From the human T2T-CHM13v2.0 reference genome, Homo sapiens, in the NCBI GenBank assembly GCA_009914755.4, contig CP068257.2, positions 30,720,001 to 30,784,000 of the forward strand: a DNA stretch of 64,000 nucleotides, written 5' to 3'. The position numbers and the translations under genes were made by a program. Below the pieces are notes generated by a model. It saw only the letters and a list, made by a program, of their open reading frames with translations, ran no database searches and was not told the origin of the DNA. This document shows, piece after piece, positions 29,847-43,303 of this stretch. The stretch's first letter is position 1, and every line of letters starts with the position of its first letter.

Positions 29847-32800
29847 TCACTCGAGGTCACACAGCTAATTAAGTACCAGAACTGAGATAAGAAGTAATTG
29901 TACAAACATACGACTTATGTTCAACTACAGAGAAGTTCTTCCTTCTTCACAAGATTCTGTGGCATTTTCCATTTTCATTTCACTTTTTCTCAGGGTGCAA
30001 GGACCATACTTGGCATCAGTTAGGTCTCTGTGCAAGTCTTTAATTAATTCCATCTTATTTTGTTGGGTCTATGTTTCTTCTGGAGAAAAGGAAGGCTATC
30101 CAACCCATGCTCCCTAATATGTGGATCAAGGCCTTGCACACTCATTACATTTATTGAGTTTATCCCCATCCATGTCACACAGCATCTCAGCAAGACCTTA
30201 TTACACCAATGTGAGTTTCTTCCAAAACTGAGACCTTCAAACTATCCTCTCTGTTCTGAGGACCTATCTGTGTGTCTCATCACAATAAGGAGTTTGCATC
30301 CAATGATCACTGGTGCTGAGAATGTGCAGCACTTCCATAGTGTCAGCAACACTCCAGTGCCTTAACCCACCAATTCAGTTTTTATGAAACACTCATTCCA
30401 TTCAAGATGCCATCATCTCAGGCCAAGAGAGGGTGCAAAGTTTACCAAGATGTTGTCCCTGTCCTCAGGAAGCTTAAGCTGCTCCCAAGCCATCTCTATG
30501 CCTCATTGTTCAAATAAACATACCATCTAATTCAAGCAGTTAATTTTCTTGATCTACACACACCTTGTGTTCCAGATGAATGCTGGTAAAATGCTAAAAC
30601 TTGCCTGGCAAAATTAAATTAAGTTCTGTCTTTTCCCTGCTAGTGGAAAGTTCCTGTGCTTTTATTTTGTGTCCACTGAAGTAACAGTACTGGGAGTCAG
30701 GGCCCTGGAATGCTGGTCCAGGTTTTCTGCCATTCTACATCTTTCTATCCTGCTGGTACACAGCAGAACTAGACCTCCTGTGGGTCCCTCCAGCAATGAA
30801 TTTATAAATGAAAAGGGATTTAGTTATCACCTCCTGGCTTCCATCTTTTATATCCCAGACAACTCCAAATTTCACGTCCTGACATGATGGAGGAACTGGG
30901 TAAGATCCCCGGGACACAGCAGCTGCCCACTCTAGGCTCTAGGCTCTGCCACTGTCGTGGCCCCCTGGGGCTCCATCCTCTGTTTCCAGTCCTCTCCATC
31001 AAAGGCGTCCCACTCCTACTGCAAGTGGACCACATGCCTGCTCTTCATTCCCACCCTGTGACCTCACAGGGTTATTATTCCAGGAAGAAAACGTCCTGAA
31101 CTCTTCAGGGCTTGTTCTGCAAAACACTGTCTAAAACAGACCAAAATACACTTGGTAAAACTGCTCTTTGGCACAGGATTTTAACAATGCTTTCTTTGGC
31201 TGGATGAATATTATCTATAACCCTCCTTCTTCATGACGCTTTAATAATTTCCTCCAAAATGTTAACATATATTCATTAAAAAAAAAAAAAAAATCCCTGC
31301 CAGCACTTCAACAACTAAATAGCATTTAAAAAAAAAAAGCAGGGGATGGCATGAGGGAGAAAAACTCAAAGACGCAAAAGGGATCAAAGATATTTAAGAA
31401 ACATATCAACCAAATGCAATGTGGACTTTGTTTGGATCCCGATCTGAATCACAAAGTGTAAAAACATTTTTGAGACGGAAAAAACCTGAGACCAAACTGA
31501 GTAATAGATGATAGTGAGAAATTATTAATGTGTTAGGCGTGATAATGGCACTGTGGTTTCTGTTCTTTAAAAGGTCTTTTTCTGTTAGAGTACATGCTGA
31601 AATATTTATAGTGAAATATGATTCACGTCTGGGATTTGCTATAATCGACTGCCCCAGAGGAAACTGAAAAGGTGGAGGGTGGGGACAGTGGCTGAAGCTG
31701 GACAGCTGGTACAGGGGTTCCTCACGCTGCTCTATTTTTAAATGTTCCTAACAGTTCCTTATTAAATGTAATGTCTCAACTCCATTTCCTATAACATATA
31801 AGATATCTAAGATACTTATTACAGATTACACAATGAAAGTAAAAACACTTTCAACTTGACTGTAACTCCCATTTTACAGATCCTGGAGAGGTAAAATAAT
31901 GTGCCCTGAGACCCTGAGATGAAACGGCTTGTGTGTGGCCCTGCAGCCGGGGTTCAGGACGGGAAGCCCTTTCCCACGCTGTCTGGGCTCCTAAAGTCTA
32001 TTTCACTTAGACGGCGGGGAGGGCTGAGATCAAAAGAGATGGGTGGGGAGGGCATCTGATGGATAATTATTGCCAGGCTTACTGCCAGGTAAGACCAAAG
32101 AACCGTGATATTTGCCCTCGTCTGCAAATAGCACACACATTCTTTTTATTAGAAACGTATTTAAATGTCAGGAGCCATTACTCATTGAATGGAATTTGTT
32201 GACACATGGATAAAGCATAGTATCTAAGAGACATTAAGACCTGGAATTTTTTTCCTTAGAGAATACCTTATTTGTAATTCCAGTAAAACCCTCAACACCA
32301 GGCCAATCTCACAGAGCCATAAAAGCTACTTGGTATTATCAACCCTTTAGTCCAATTCCCGGCAATGTAGAAACTCTTAGTTCCCAGGGATACTGACAGA
32401 ACAAGGCAGCACACTGTTATAGAAGTGAATTATTCTAATGTGGTTCTCCACCGCAGCAGATGGGATGGACTGATACCTGTCCCCTTATTCTTTACGTTCA
32501 GGAAGAGGGTGACACTCTGGCCAGGGCTGTTCACAGCACTGAATTCCAGCAGGGGAGCTGATATGGCAACCAGAAGAGGCCCTACGACAGACAACCTGGA
32601 GCCAGCACACGCGATGGGAGGATGCCCTCTCTCAAGCTCAGGAGTCCTCCAAGTGTGCCTGCTCCCCAAGAACCTTTCCAAACCCAAGTGAAATTTCAAA
32701 AGCCACCAGGGAATTTTTGTTTCACAGGTTTCCTGAAAACCAACCATCCACACTCCCATTTTTCCTGGGCACAATCCAACCCTTACCCATCACAAGATTG

Positions 32801-33273
32801 TAACTGGGAGGCAAAAGTCACTTATTAAAAAGCCATAAAAGTCCTCTTTGAGGACGTCACTGGCTTAGAGCTTCAAGGGCTTTCTCCGAGGTGGGCAGAA
32901 CAGGAACAGAGGACTGGCACACACTACAAGCTTCAGGGCCATGGGCACATGGAGGGTATTTCATTTACCAGGAGAGGAGATGCCCACAGCTAAGTCATCC
33001 TCACAACCAGGAAGGCCCTGTGCCACTCAGCCCCCAGGAGCCTCCTCAGATATCCCCATTGTTCAGGCTCTGCCAGGTTCTGGCCCTATCGCCAGCCTGA
33101 AGCGAGTCCTGTCCTCACAGACAGATCCTGTGGCTGCTGACACACACCTTTCTACATAGACACCTCTCATTTCATCTGTGTGGGGATCAGGGGCAGAGAA
33201 TGGAGGAAAAACCACTACAGTCCTCCAAGGGAAGGAGACCCATGGAAGGCACGAGACACTGTGGTCCCCTCAC

Positions 33274-33406
33274 CTTTGAATCCCTCTTGGTCACCAGGGT
33301 GTACAAGGTCTTTTTATTCAAATCAAAATGGCTGCAGACGTCCCTGGCAGCTTCCGGACCCTGGGTCACCATGGCGGTCATCAGGCTCAGGCAGGCGCGA
33401 GCCAAC
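33274..33406 (-). CDS. URB1: URB1 coding exon 4 (133 nt)
   Basis: Acceptor ccctgtgcag|GTTGGC and donor AAAG|GTGAGG. Completes the AGG codon, then LARACLSLMTAMVTQGPEAARDVCSHFDLNKKTLYTLVTKRDSK, in ORF 33187..33456. Confidence 0.8.
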
Positions 33407-34164
33407 CTGCACAGGGAACCAGAGGAAATCGGACACGTCAACAACAGCAGAAGCACAGAGCCGCCTCACCACAAAGCCAGCTGCAAGCTGCTTGTGTTAT
33501 TTGCTATCCCCAAACCAGAAAAAAAGAAGGAAAAAGACATGCTCTTTTTTTAAGGAAAAAGAAAAAAAAAAGCATAAAGATTCAAAATAACGCTAAAAAT
33601 TAAAACTAAGTAGGATTAACAATATAAACACAAGATTTGAAGAAGATGGACATTTCTCTCTGGAGTGAGCCACTGTGTGATCAATAGACCACACCTCAGT
33701 CCCTGTGACTGCAGAATACAGAGGACGACTTCTTCACAAAGGCATCTCTGAATGCGAGCTCTTGGCTGTCTTTCCGTTCTGCGGTTATCCAGATTCCATG
33801 GTTTTCTGAGCACCTGCTACATGCAAGGCCCTGTTCTAGGTGCTGGGAAGGTGGCATTTTATAACACAGGCAAGGCCCTGCCACATGCACCTATAGGATT
33901 CCAGTAGAGGGAGTCACTCAACAGATAATAGCAGCAAGGACAGTAGCAGGCAGGACAAGAGGGACAAGGGGTAAGTAAGAGAGGAGTCAGGGACAGCCAG
34001 GGCTGGTCCACAAAGGAAGGGGGCAGAGACTCGGTCACTGTGGCCTCGGAAATAGCTCAGCTCTCCTCTAGCCATAAAGGTACTGACCAAATGCACCTGC
34101 GGAGAGCTGAATGCAGACCAAACCCAAAGGCCCATCCTTTGTCACACCAAGGCAGACTGCCTAC

Positions 34165-34316
34165 CTGTAACCTGAGGCATACAGGGACTCACAGATGAGC
34201 TTCATGTGGTTGTTCATCAGCTTTTTCACAATGTTGGTTCCCACAACATGGAAATGTGAAAGATCACTTGCTGTCCGCAATAATATGGCCTCGAAAACTT
34301 GAAATATTAACATCGT
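34165..34316 (-). CDS. URB1: URB1 coding exon 3 (152 nt)
   Basis: Acceptor ctgtctttgcag|ACGATG and donor ACAG|GTAGGC. Encodes TMLIFQVFEAILLRTASDLSHFHVVGTNIVKKLMNNHMKLICESLYASGY(R), in ORF 34161..34355. Phase 0 in, phase 2 out. Confidence 0.8.
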
Positions 34317-34551
34317 CTGCAAAGACAGAATTGAAACGCTTAGAAATCGTCTCATTTCCTTTCCTCCTGTACATATATGCTCCTTTTGTCTTAGCCATAG
34401 TTACTTGTAGGCTTAAAGCCTTCAACATGCAGGATGACGCCCACCCAGATCCTGAGTCAAACGCGACAGCTTGGCAGGCTGATCTGCAGGACCCATGCCC
34501 TGCATGTAGCCCCACTCCCATAGTCCAGCAAAATAAAGAACAGCTTGTTAG

Positions 34552-34910
<359 letters not shown>

Positions 34911-35393
34911 TCAAATGAGAAGAAAATTCTCTTAATGACTGGGTCTCATTCCTTTAGAGATATTCAGATCTACATCCTTATAGCAATAACCCTGAGATTT
35001 CAACAGGCGCATCAATATCCCAATGTTCAATCTCTTTGGAATCAGAAAACAATCATCAATTCATTATGTGTTGTGAGTCTGTGACACCACATGTTTATGT
35101 GTTTCCCTTTTGTTTAAATAAACCATACCGAAACCAAGTATATTTTGATTAGGAATCTATGATCCTTCCTTCTGATGTCATTCATCAAATGTTAATAATA
35201 AGTGAGAATTTTCCACTAAAATGCTTTCAAGGTCATGGAGGCAAAAAATGAATACATTCCTACAGCACAGGGACAAAGCATCATTTTCTATAGAAAGTTG
35301 GTAATGGAAATTTCTATCACATTTTTCCTCATCAAACTTAACAGCAGCATTAACTTTTCTTCTCTTCATCAAGCCATGTAAGGAACAACTTAC

Positions 35394-35533
35394 TTCACTT
35401 TCAGGTCGTTTCTCTCCACTTAGGAGCTGGAAAATTTCGACACACTCAACAGAAATCTTTATATACCCTTCCACAACATCATACACTTCTTCTCGTGGTA
35501 GCTTCTTGGCAGCAGACACAAACGCTTCCAAGC
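35394..35533 (-). CDS. URB1: URB1 coding exon 2 (140 nt)
   Basis: Acceptor cttttttttcag|GCTTGG and donor GAA|GTAAGT. Phase 1 in, phase 0 out. Encodes (G)LEAFVSAAKKLPREEVYDVVEGYIKISVECVEIFQLLSGEKRPESE, in ORF 35178..35555. Confidence 0.8.
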
Positions 35534-35718
35534 CTGAAAAAAAAGTTATGTTCAAACATTAACAAGGTCAGTCTTCTTAGAAACAATCACAGCCACCACT
35601 GCAACCTGCTTTCCCTATTCTGTGACCTTCCCCGATCCACCTACACTGCACAGAAGCTACTATGAATGCTATCAACTTAACTGTTTCTCTCCAAAATTCA
35701 TGTTGAAACCCTAAACCC

Positions 35719-36024
35719 GGCCGGGCGCGGTGGCTCACGCCTGTAATCCCAGCACTTTGGGAGGCTAAGGCAGGCAGATCACCTGAGGTCAGGAGTTCAA
35801 GACCAGCCTGGCCAACATGGTGAAACCCCCTCTCTACTAAAAATACAAAAATTAGCCAGGTGTGGTGGCACATATCTGTAGTCCCAGCTACTTGGGAGGC
35901 TGAGGCAGAATTGTGAGAACTCAGGAGGCAGAGGTTACAGTGAGCCGAGATCGCGCCATTGCACCCCAGCCTAGGTGACAGAGCAAGACTCTGTCTCAGG
36001 AAAAAAAAAAAAAAGAAAGAAAGA
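35719..36024 (+). mobile_element. Alu in URB1 intron 1 (antisense to the gene), about 185 nt from the exon 2 acceptor
   Basis: Starts with ggccgggcgcggtggctcacgcctgtaatcc. TSD gaaaccctaa(a/g)ccc. Confidence 0.9.
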
Positions 36025-37149
36025 AACCCTAAGCCCTAAAAAGACAGTATTTGGAGATATAGTCTTTTAGGAGATAACTCAGGTTAAGTGAGTTCATGAG
36101 GGTGAGGTCCTGATCTAACAGGACTGGTGTCCTTAGAGGAGAAGGAGACATCAGAGAGCTCCCTCTCTGCATGTGGATAGAGGAAAGGCCATGTGAGGAC
36201 ACAGCAAGAGGGCAGTTGTCTGCAAGCCAGGACGTGCCCTTACCAGGATGTGACTATGCCAATGCCTTGATCGCGGACGTGGCCTTCAGAACTGTGAGGA
36301 AATAAATTCCTCTTGTTTAAGCCACCCAGTCTATGGTATTTTGTTATGGCTGCCCTAGTAGATTAATCCACAAGGACATTATGAACACACTTAGAAACCA
36401 TGAAGGCAATAAGGAATGAGACAAACTGAGTGCCAATGTGACTCCCAGGTTTGACTACTGAGTCTGGCAATGACTCGTCTGGATCCCCATAGAGCTTTTG
36501 TTCCCTCAACTGTAGAATGGGTATAACAAGAAAAACCATATAGAGCATGGTAACGAAACATTACCAAGAGCTTTACTTACATGACATCAGCTAATTCTCA
36601 CTGCAACCCTCCACCCTAGGTATGAGTATTTTTTTCCCTAGGTACTAGTATTTCACAGATGAGAAAACTGAGGCCCTTGTCCAAAGGTACACAGCTTAGG
36701 AGAGGTAGAGCCAGGACTCCAATCCAGGCAGTCGGGCTCCAGAGCCCATATTCTCCCTCCACGAACTGGATGATTCCTGCTCATGCAATGGAGCTGATGC
36801 CTGTTGCTCTGAGTGCACTGGCACACAGAGTGTCCGTGCTGCACCTGGCCCACAGTCAGTATGCCAAGCATCAGTTGACATCAGTGCTCTTTCAAAACCC
36901 AAAGGAGGGCACCCCACTAGAGTGTTTCCCCATAAGGCCACCCCAGAAGTTCCCCACTCAAAAATCTCCCCTCTCAACAGCCTGAGGATTCTACTACCCT
37001 TCCTGCAATTAATACAACCTCCCCTCCCCTACCACTGACACCTGAATCTGAACCCCCACCAGAACCCCACCCTACCAACTGGGAGCCACCTGTGTGCCGC
37101 TGCCCACAGAATTCTCCTGCCAGAACCTGTTCTATAAAACTGCCTTTCA

Positions 37150-37328
<179 letters not shown>

Positions 37329-40213
37329 TCAAAACTAGGAAGGCAGGGCATGGCAGTGGGTTGGAAGCCGCATGAGAGCGTAAGCTAAAGGTAACACATC
37401 TTACTGAGGCCTTCATCTCTTCTGGGGAGTGAAGACTTCACCTTATTCAAAAAAAAAAAAAAAAAAAGCAGAGGAAGGGACTAAATATTTCTATTAAAAC
37501 CCACTTAGTAATGACCAATACAGTAAAATGTAAAATGCCACAAACTTTAAGAAATACACTACAGTCTTCATAGACACATCAGAATAGCGTGGTCTGCTTT
37601 AGGGAGTGTCTGGGCATCCCTAAGGGGTCCTTCCTTCTCTGCCTTGGGGCCACAGGCAATGGATCTAATCCTTCTTTCCCACACCAGCTGCCATCACCCT
37701 AGTCAGCACCTCTGAACACCAAACACTTCCTTTAACCTCTCTCCAGAAATGAGAGTTTCGAGATCCTTCTGTGTTCAGGTCAGTCTCTATGTTCCCTTGA
37801 AGCATGAGGCCCAGAACAGGGCTTGGTACTGCAGGTGAGCTCCACTAGCTGAGCAGAGAGGACCAACACATGCTTCCTCTTGGACAGCAATTCTGCGTGT
37901 CTCAGATTCAAGTCCTGACGCTGCTAAGCCACATCTGCCGGGGACGCATGAGCACGCCATTACACCAAAAACATACCAGAAAAGAACAAAATTGGAGCCA
38001 GACTCCTGGGCACAAATCCCCGCTCAGTCACTTACTAGCTGCATGGTACTCAGTAAGGCACTGAACTCTGAGCTCTGGGTACCTCACCTGTATAACGGAA
38101 CAAGAACAGAACCTACCTGACAGGGTTTGTATGAAGCGTAAAAAGGCTAATTTACACATAAAGCATCCAGCATCACACTTAGGTCAAGGTAAACCCTCAA
38201 AACATAAGCAGCCCCCCGGGTGTCCTCAGCAGCAGCAGTGAAAATCCAGTCACATTCGGCCTCTGCCAGCCTCACAGGTGTTTTCAGATCCCCTTTTATG
38301 CTGCAACATTTTCCGCAGCAACCACCGCCATTCCTTTAACAGTCACTGAGCAAGTGCATCTGCTATGCCAGGCGCTGCTCTGAGCTTCGGGGCCAGACTC
38401 CATTGCTGCCGTCTGCAGCGTGGTCTGGTGGTGATTATGAGCAGGCCATGGGTGTTCTGACCAAGGTGACTGTGAGTTACAGGAGCTCAGTCGGCACAGG
38501 CACCCTGGAGTTATGCATACCTACTCTGTCCCTCAAGAAAACACAGAATGCAAGTGATAGCAAGGGCTGTTAATACAGAAAGAGCAGTGCAACTACTCAC
38601 TCTTTTTTAAGGAATTATTCGTCAAACTCTAGCATGTAACTCTGAGCATTCCAGAGTATTACAGGGTGGAAACTGCTGGCCTGTTATGTTTGCCGTCTTT
38701 ACAGGTTCATCTTTCCATACACCATTTACTGGGCACCTACCAGGTGCACCTACAGGGGGTGCCCGAGACGTGCTGATGAGCAAATTAGAAATGGCCTCTA
38801 CCCACATGGTCCTTACAATCTAATGATAGAGACCAATGTGAGTATTTATTAAGCACCTACCGCAATCACTTACATAGACACGTATAGCACCTGTAGTTAA
38901 GTGCTATGAAGCAAACATCAAGAGTATAATGAGGACTGTACCTAGGGAACATGATCTAGATTAGAGGGTTGGGAAGGTTTCCTTTGAAGAAGTAATGCTG
39001 AACCTATTATTAATAATAGTAAACGTAAGTATTGAGGGGGCAGAGGGTGAGACCACATTCCAGGCCCCAAGGCTGGAGGGTACACTGGAGCCAGGTGAGT
39101 GGGGAGGGGTGACTGAGTGAGTGGGGGAGGGCAGCCTGAGATGAAGTCAAAGAAGCAGGCGGGGCTAGATGAAGCAATGGAAATGACTTTGGATTTTATC
39201 CTAAGGGCAGTGGGATACCACTGAAGGGTGTCATGAGAGGAGTGACATAATCAGATTTGGAGCTCTGAAGGATCATTTGACTGCTGCACACAGCACGGGC
39301 TGCAGGGAAGCAACAGCAAGAGAGACCAACTCTGGGCAACTCCAGCCACGGTCCCAGCAGGGACTGATGATGCCTGGACTAGAATGATGATGAAGGAAAG
39401 AGGGGGAGCAGACAGATTCCAGAAATTCTCAGGAGGAGAATCAACCACCAAGGCCAGGGGACAGACTGATGCAGACGGAGGGTTCTGGCAGGAACATCCA
39501 GCTAATCAGAATTACCACTTATGCAGTGGGGAAACCAGAAGCAATGTGGGGAGAAGGAGATCAAGAGTTTAACCATTAGTGTACTCTCTTACAGTATGGC
39601 CTTTTCTCTATCACCAGTGGAGTCGTGGGCAAACACTTTCAAAGGAACTGGCTTAGAGCCAAACCCTTCTTGATGGGGGATCTTCCCACAGGCTGACACT
39701 GATCCACTCTGGAATATCCTCAGTCCTTACCAATCTAACCTGGCAGCTCTTGTTCCTCCACTACACGAAGGGAGCATCATCAGAACCCTTCCCTCACATG
39801 CCTGGTGAAAACAAAGTCTCCTAACAGCCATCAACTTCACTTCCCTGATCTTCCAGCAATCCTATCATAGGTTATGAGAGCGTATAAAGAGGAAGAGAGG
39901 AGGAGAGAATCCAAGATACAGACCAGATTCAAACACAAGTTCAACACAGCCTCAAACAAGGGATCCACACTTTCACCCATTGACTCAGCTTTGCCCCATC
40001 TTTCAACTACTCACCTACACCCATGCCCTGTCAACCTGGGTCTCCTTCTGACATGTGTTCAAATGATGTAGCACCTGAATGTCATGAGGCTCTCTGTGCA
40101 AGACCATGAAATATAGATACTACATCTTTTTAACAATTAAACGTGCTCTTTCTTCTGCCAGTAAGGTTCCTGTCCCTGTCCCATCCTACAATCCTTTTGA
40201 AAAGCCACTTCCT

Positions 40214-41234
<1,021 letters not shown>

Positions 41235-41565
41235 AAAGCCACTTCCTCAGGGGAGCCTTCTTTGAGCTCCCAGATTAGATCCAAGGTCTGTTAAACACCC
41301 TCAGGCACCATGTACCTCTCCTTTGGAAAACTCGTGCTTGAAACTGTATGTATGTGATTTTACTGACCAATATCTGCCTGCCCCACTCGACTGTTTGTAA
41401 GCCCCACAATGGCAGAGGCTTTTTGACATTTTTATTCATCACTTTATCTCTACCGTAGCAAATAATAGCCTCTAGTAATACTTAATGAATTCGGAAATAA
41501 ATAACTCTATGCTAACTAAGTATCATCTTCCTAGCTGTGACTAGCAAGTACAGGTATAGGTATCA

Positions 41566-41886
<321 letters not shown>

Positions 41887-42616
41887 AGGACAAAAATTGG
41901 AAGTTGAAGATATTTTGGCCATTAATTTAATCGTTTATTTAACCTGGGAGAAAAACTGCCACTGTTTTATTTTAGAGCAATGCTTCCACATGGCAACACG
42001 TTCAATTGCGTTTTTCCCAAACCATGTTACTTTCCAAACGATTACAAGTAGTCGCGAAGGGTGGTCACACTTTACAAAAAGTGTAATTAAATTATAGAGT
42101 CGGCTACATCTCAGTCACTGGCCCATTCCTGGTCAACTGACAAGTAGCTGTGGTGGCTTCTAGTAGCTTGTTACAAGTCATCAAGTCAGTATGAGTGTTG
42201 GGGGATGGAAGCTATTGAAAACGGTGCTGACGGCCCAAGGAGTAGCAAACTGTCTCATGAACCGTCCTGAGCCGACTCAGTAAGGACTCAATAGAGAAGG
42301 ACACTTCATTTACTTCCCTGACAACTGCAATAAAGAGGTTTTAGAGCTCGCTGAGGGATGCTGCCTGGGCAAGGGAAATAAATGTGTTGTAACATGAAAC
42401 GGTCCCAATCAAGCAAGTCGGGGCCCTCTCGCTGTCGCCGACAGTCCAGAGCAAGGAAGTACACAGCAGTCCTGAACCTCAGTTTTCTGCAAACCAGAGG
42501 CTTGCCACTGAGCCTATGTGACCCGAAAGCTGCAGAAAGGAGAGGCTGTGCCCGGCACACGGAGGCCGCCTCGCCAGCCTGTGCTCCCGACCCTGCGCCT
42601 GCCGCCCCGGACTCAC

Positions 42617-42758
42617 CTGGCCCGGGGCCCTGCGGGTCCTTCAGCTGAGCCTTGAACCGCACGCCCGTGAGCTCTTCTTTGCGGGCGCGCTTGGCTGCAC
42701 CCGCGGAGGAAGCCGCGCCGTCCTGGCCGCCCGAGGCCTTCCTCTTGGGGACCCCCAT
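42617..42758 (-). CDS. URB1: URB1 coding exon 1 (ATG at 42758; 47 codons + 1 nt; donor GGTGAGTCC at 42616)
   Basis: Minus-strand ATG in Kozak context cggccATGG inside a CpG island. Encodes MGVPKRKASGGQDGAASSAGAAKRARKEELTGVRFKAQLKDPQGPGP and ends at a strong GT donor. Its phase (1) is completed exactly by exon 2. The rest of ORF 42306..43106 is intronic read-through. Confidence 0.8.
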
Positions 42759-42851
42759 GGCCGAGAGGGCGGAAGCGCGACGGAAACGACACACCTGAGG
42801 GGACCCGGCAGGAGCACTGGCACAGACAGCAGACACGCGCTTCAGGCCCAC

Positions 42852-43303
42852 ATGGCGCAGGAAGAGGCGGGGCTGGCGGAAGAGGCGGGGCTCGGGGAAA
42901 GGCCGGCGGAAGGGGCCGACCCGCGCGAGGCTGGGACCGGCGGAAGGGGCGTGGCCTGCAGAAGGGGCGGGGCGATAGGGATCCAGAGTCTTGGGGCTCC
43001 CTGTGAGTTTGCTGTACCGGTTGTCCCGGTCACGGCATGGGGCGAGCGGACACTCCACGACACCTCCCGCCCCCGGCTGCAGGGTTTGGGGTCCACCGGG
43101 GCGCATTTCTGATCCCAGTGGCTCTTCGGGTGCTCTTGGCCGGAAGAACTCCCAGACCTTTCACTCCTGGCCTGGCCGATCCACGAAGACTCGGGCCCCG
43201 GCGCGTCCAAGCAGCACAATGAGTAGTTCTTGACCCGAGGTCGCCCTGAAGGTGTCGCATGAAGAGCTTGCTTCACACACAACAGGATTCGATACTTTGC
43301 CAA
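42852..43303 (+). ncRNA. Candidate divergent promoter-associated transcript (URB1-AS1/C21orf119-like); exon boundaries not determined
   Basis: A GC-rich plus-strand ORF 42852..43112 (86 aa, low complexity) starts about 95 bp from the URB1 ATG on the opposite strand. I recall an antisense lncRNA at this locus, but cannot map its exons from sequence alone. Confidence 0.3.

Noticed and set aside
28400-33270. Possible extra URB1 exons in the 4.9-kb intron 4 (minus ORFs 32430..32774, 30820..31035, 28418..28624)
   Set aside because: The translations are not protein-like and lack acceptor/donor pairs in compatible phase. Exon 4 to exon 5 joins cleanly in phase 0.
42306-43303. Long minus-strand ORFs 42306..43106 (266 aa) and 42842..43303 (153 aa)
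   Set aside because: Only the 47 codons from the ATG at 42758 to the GT donor at 42616 are coding. The remainder is intron 1 and upstream promoter read through in GC-rich sequence.
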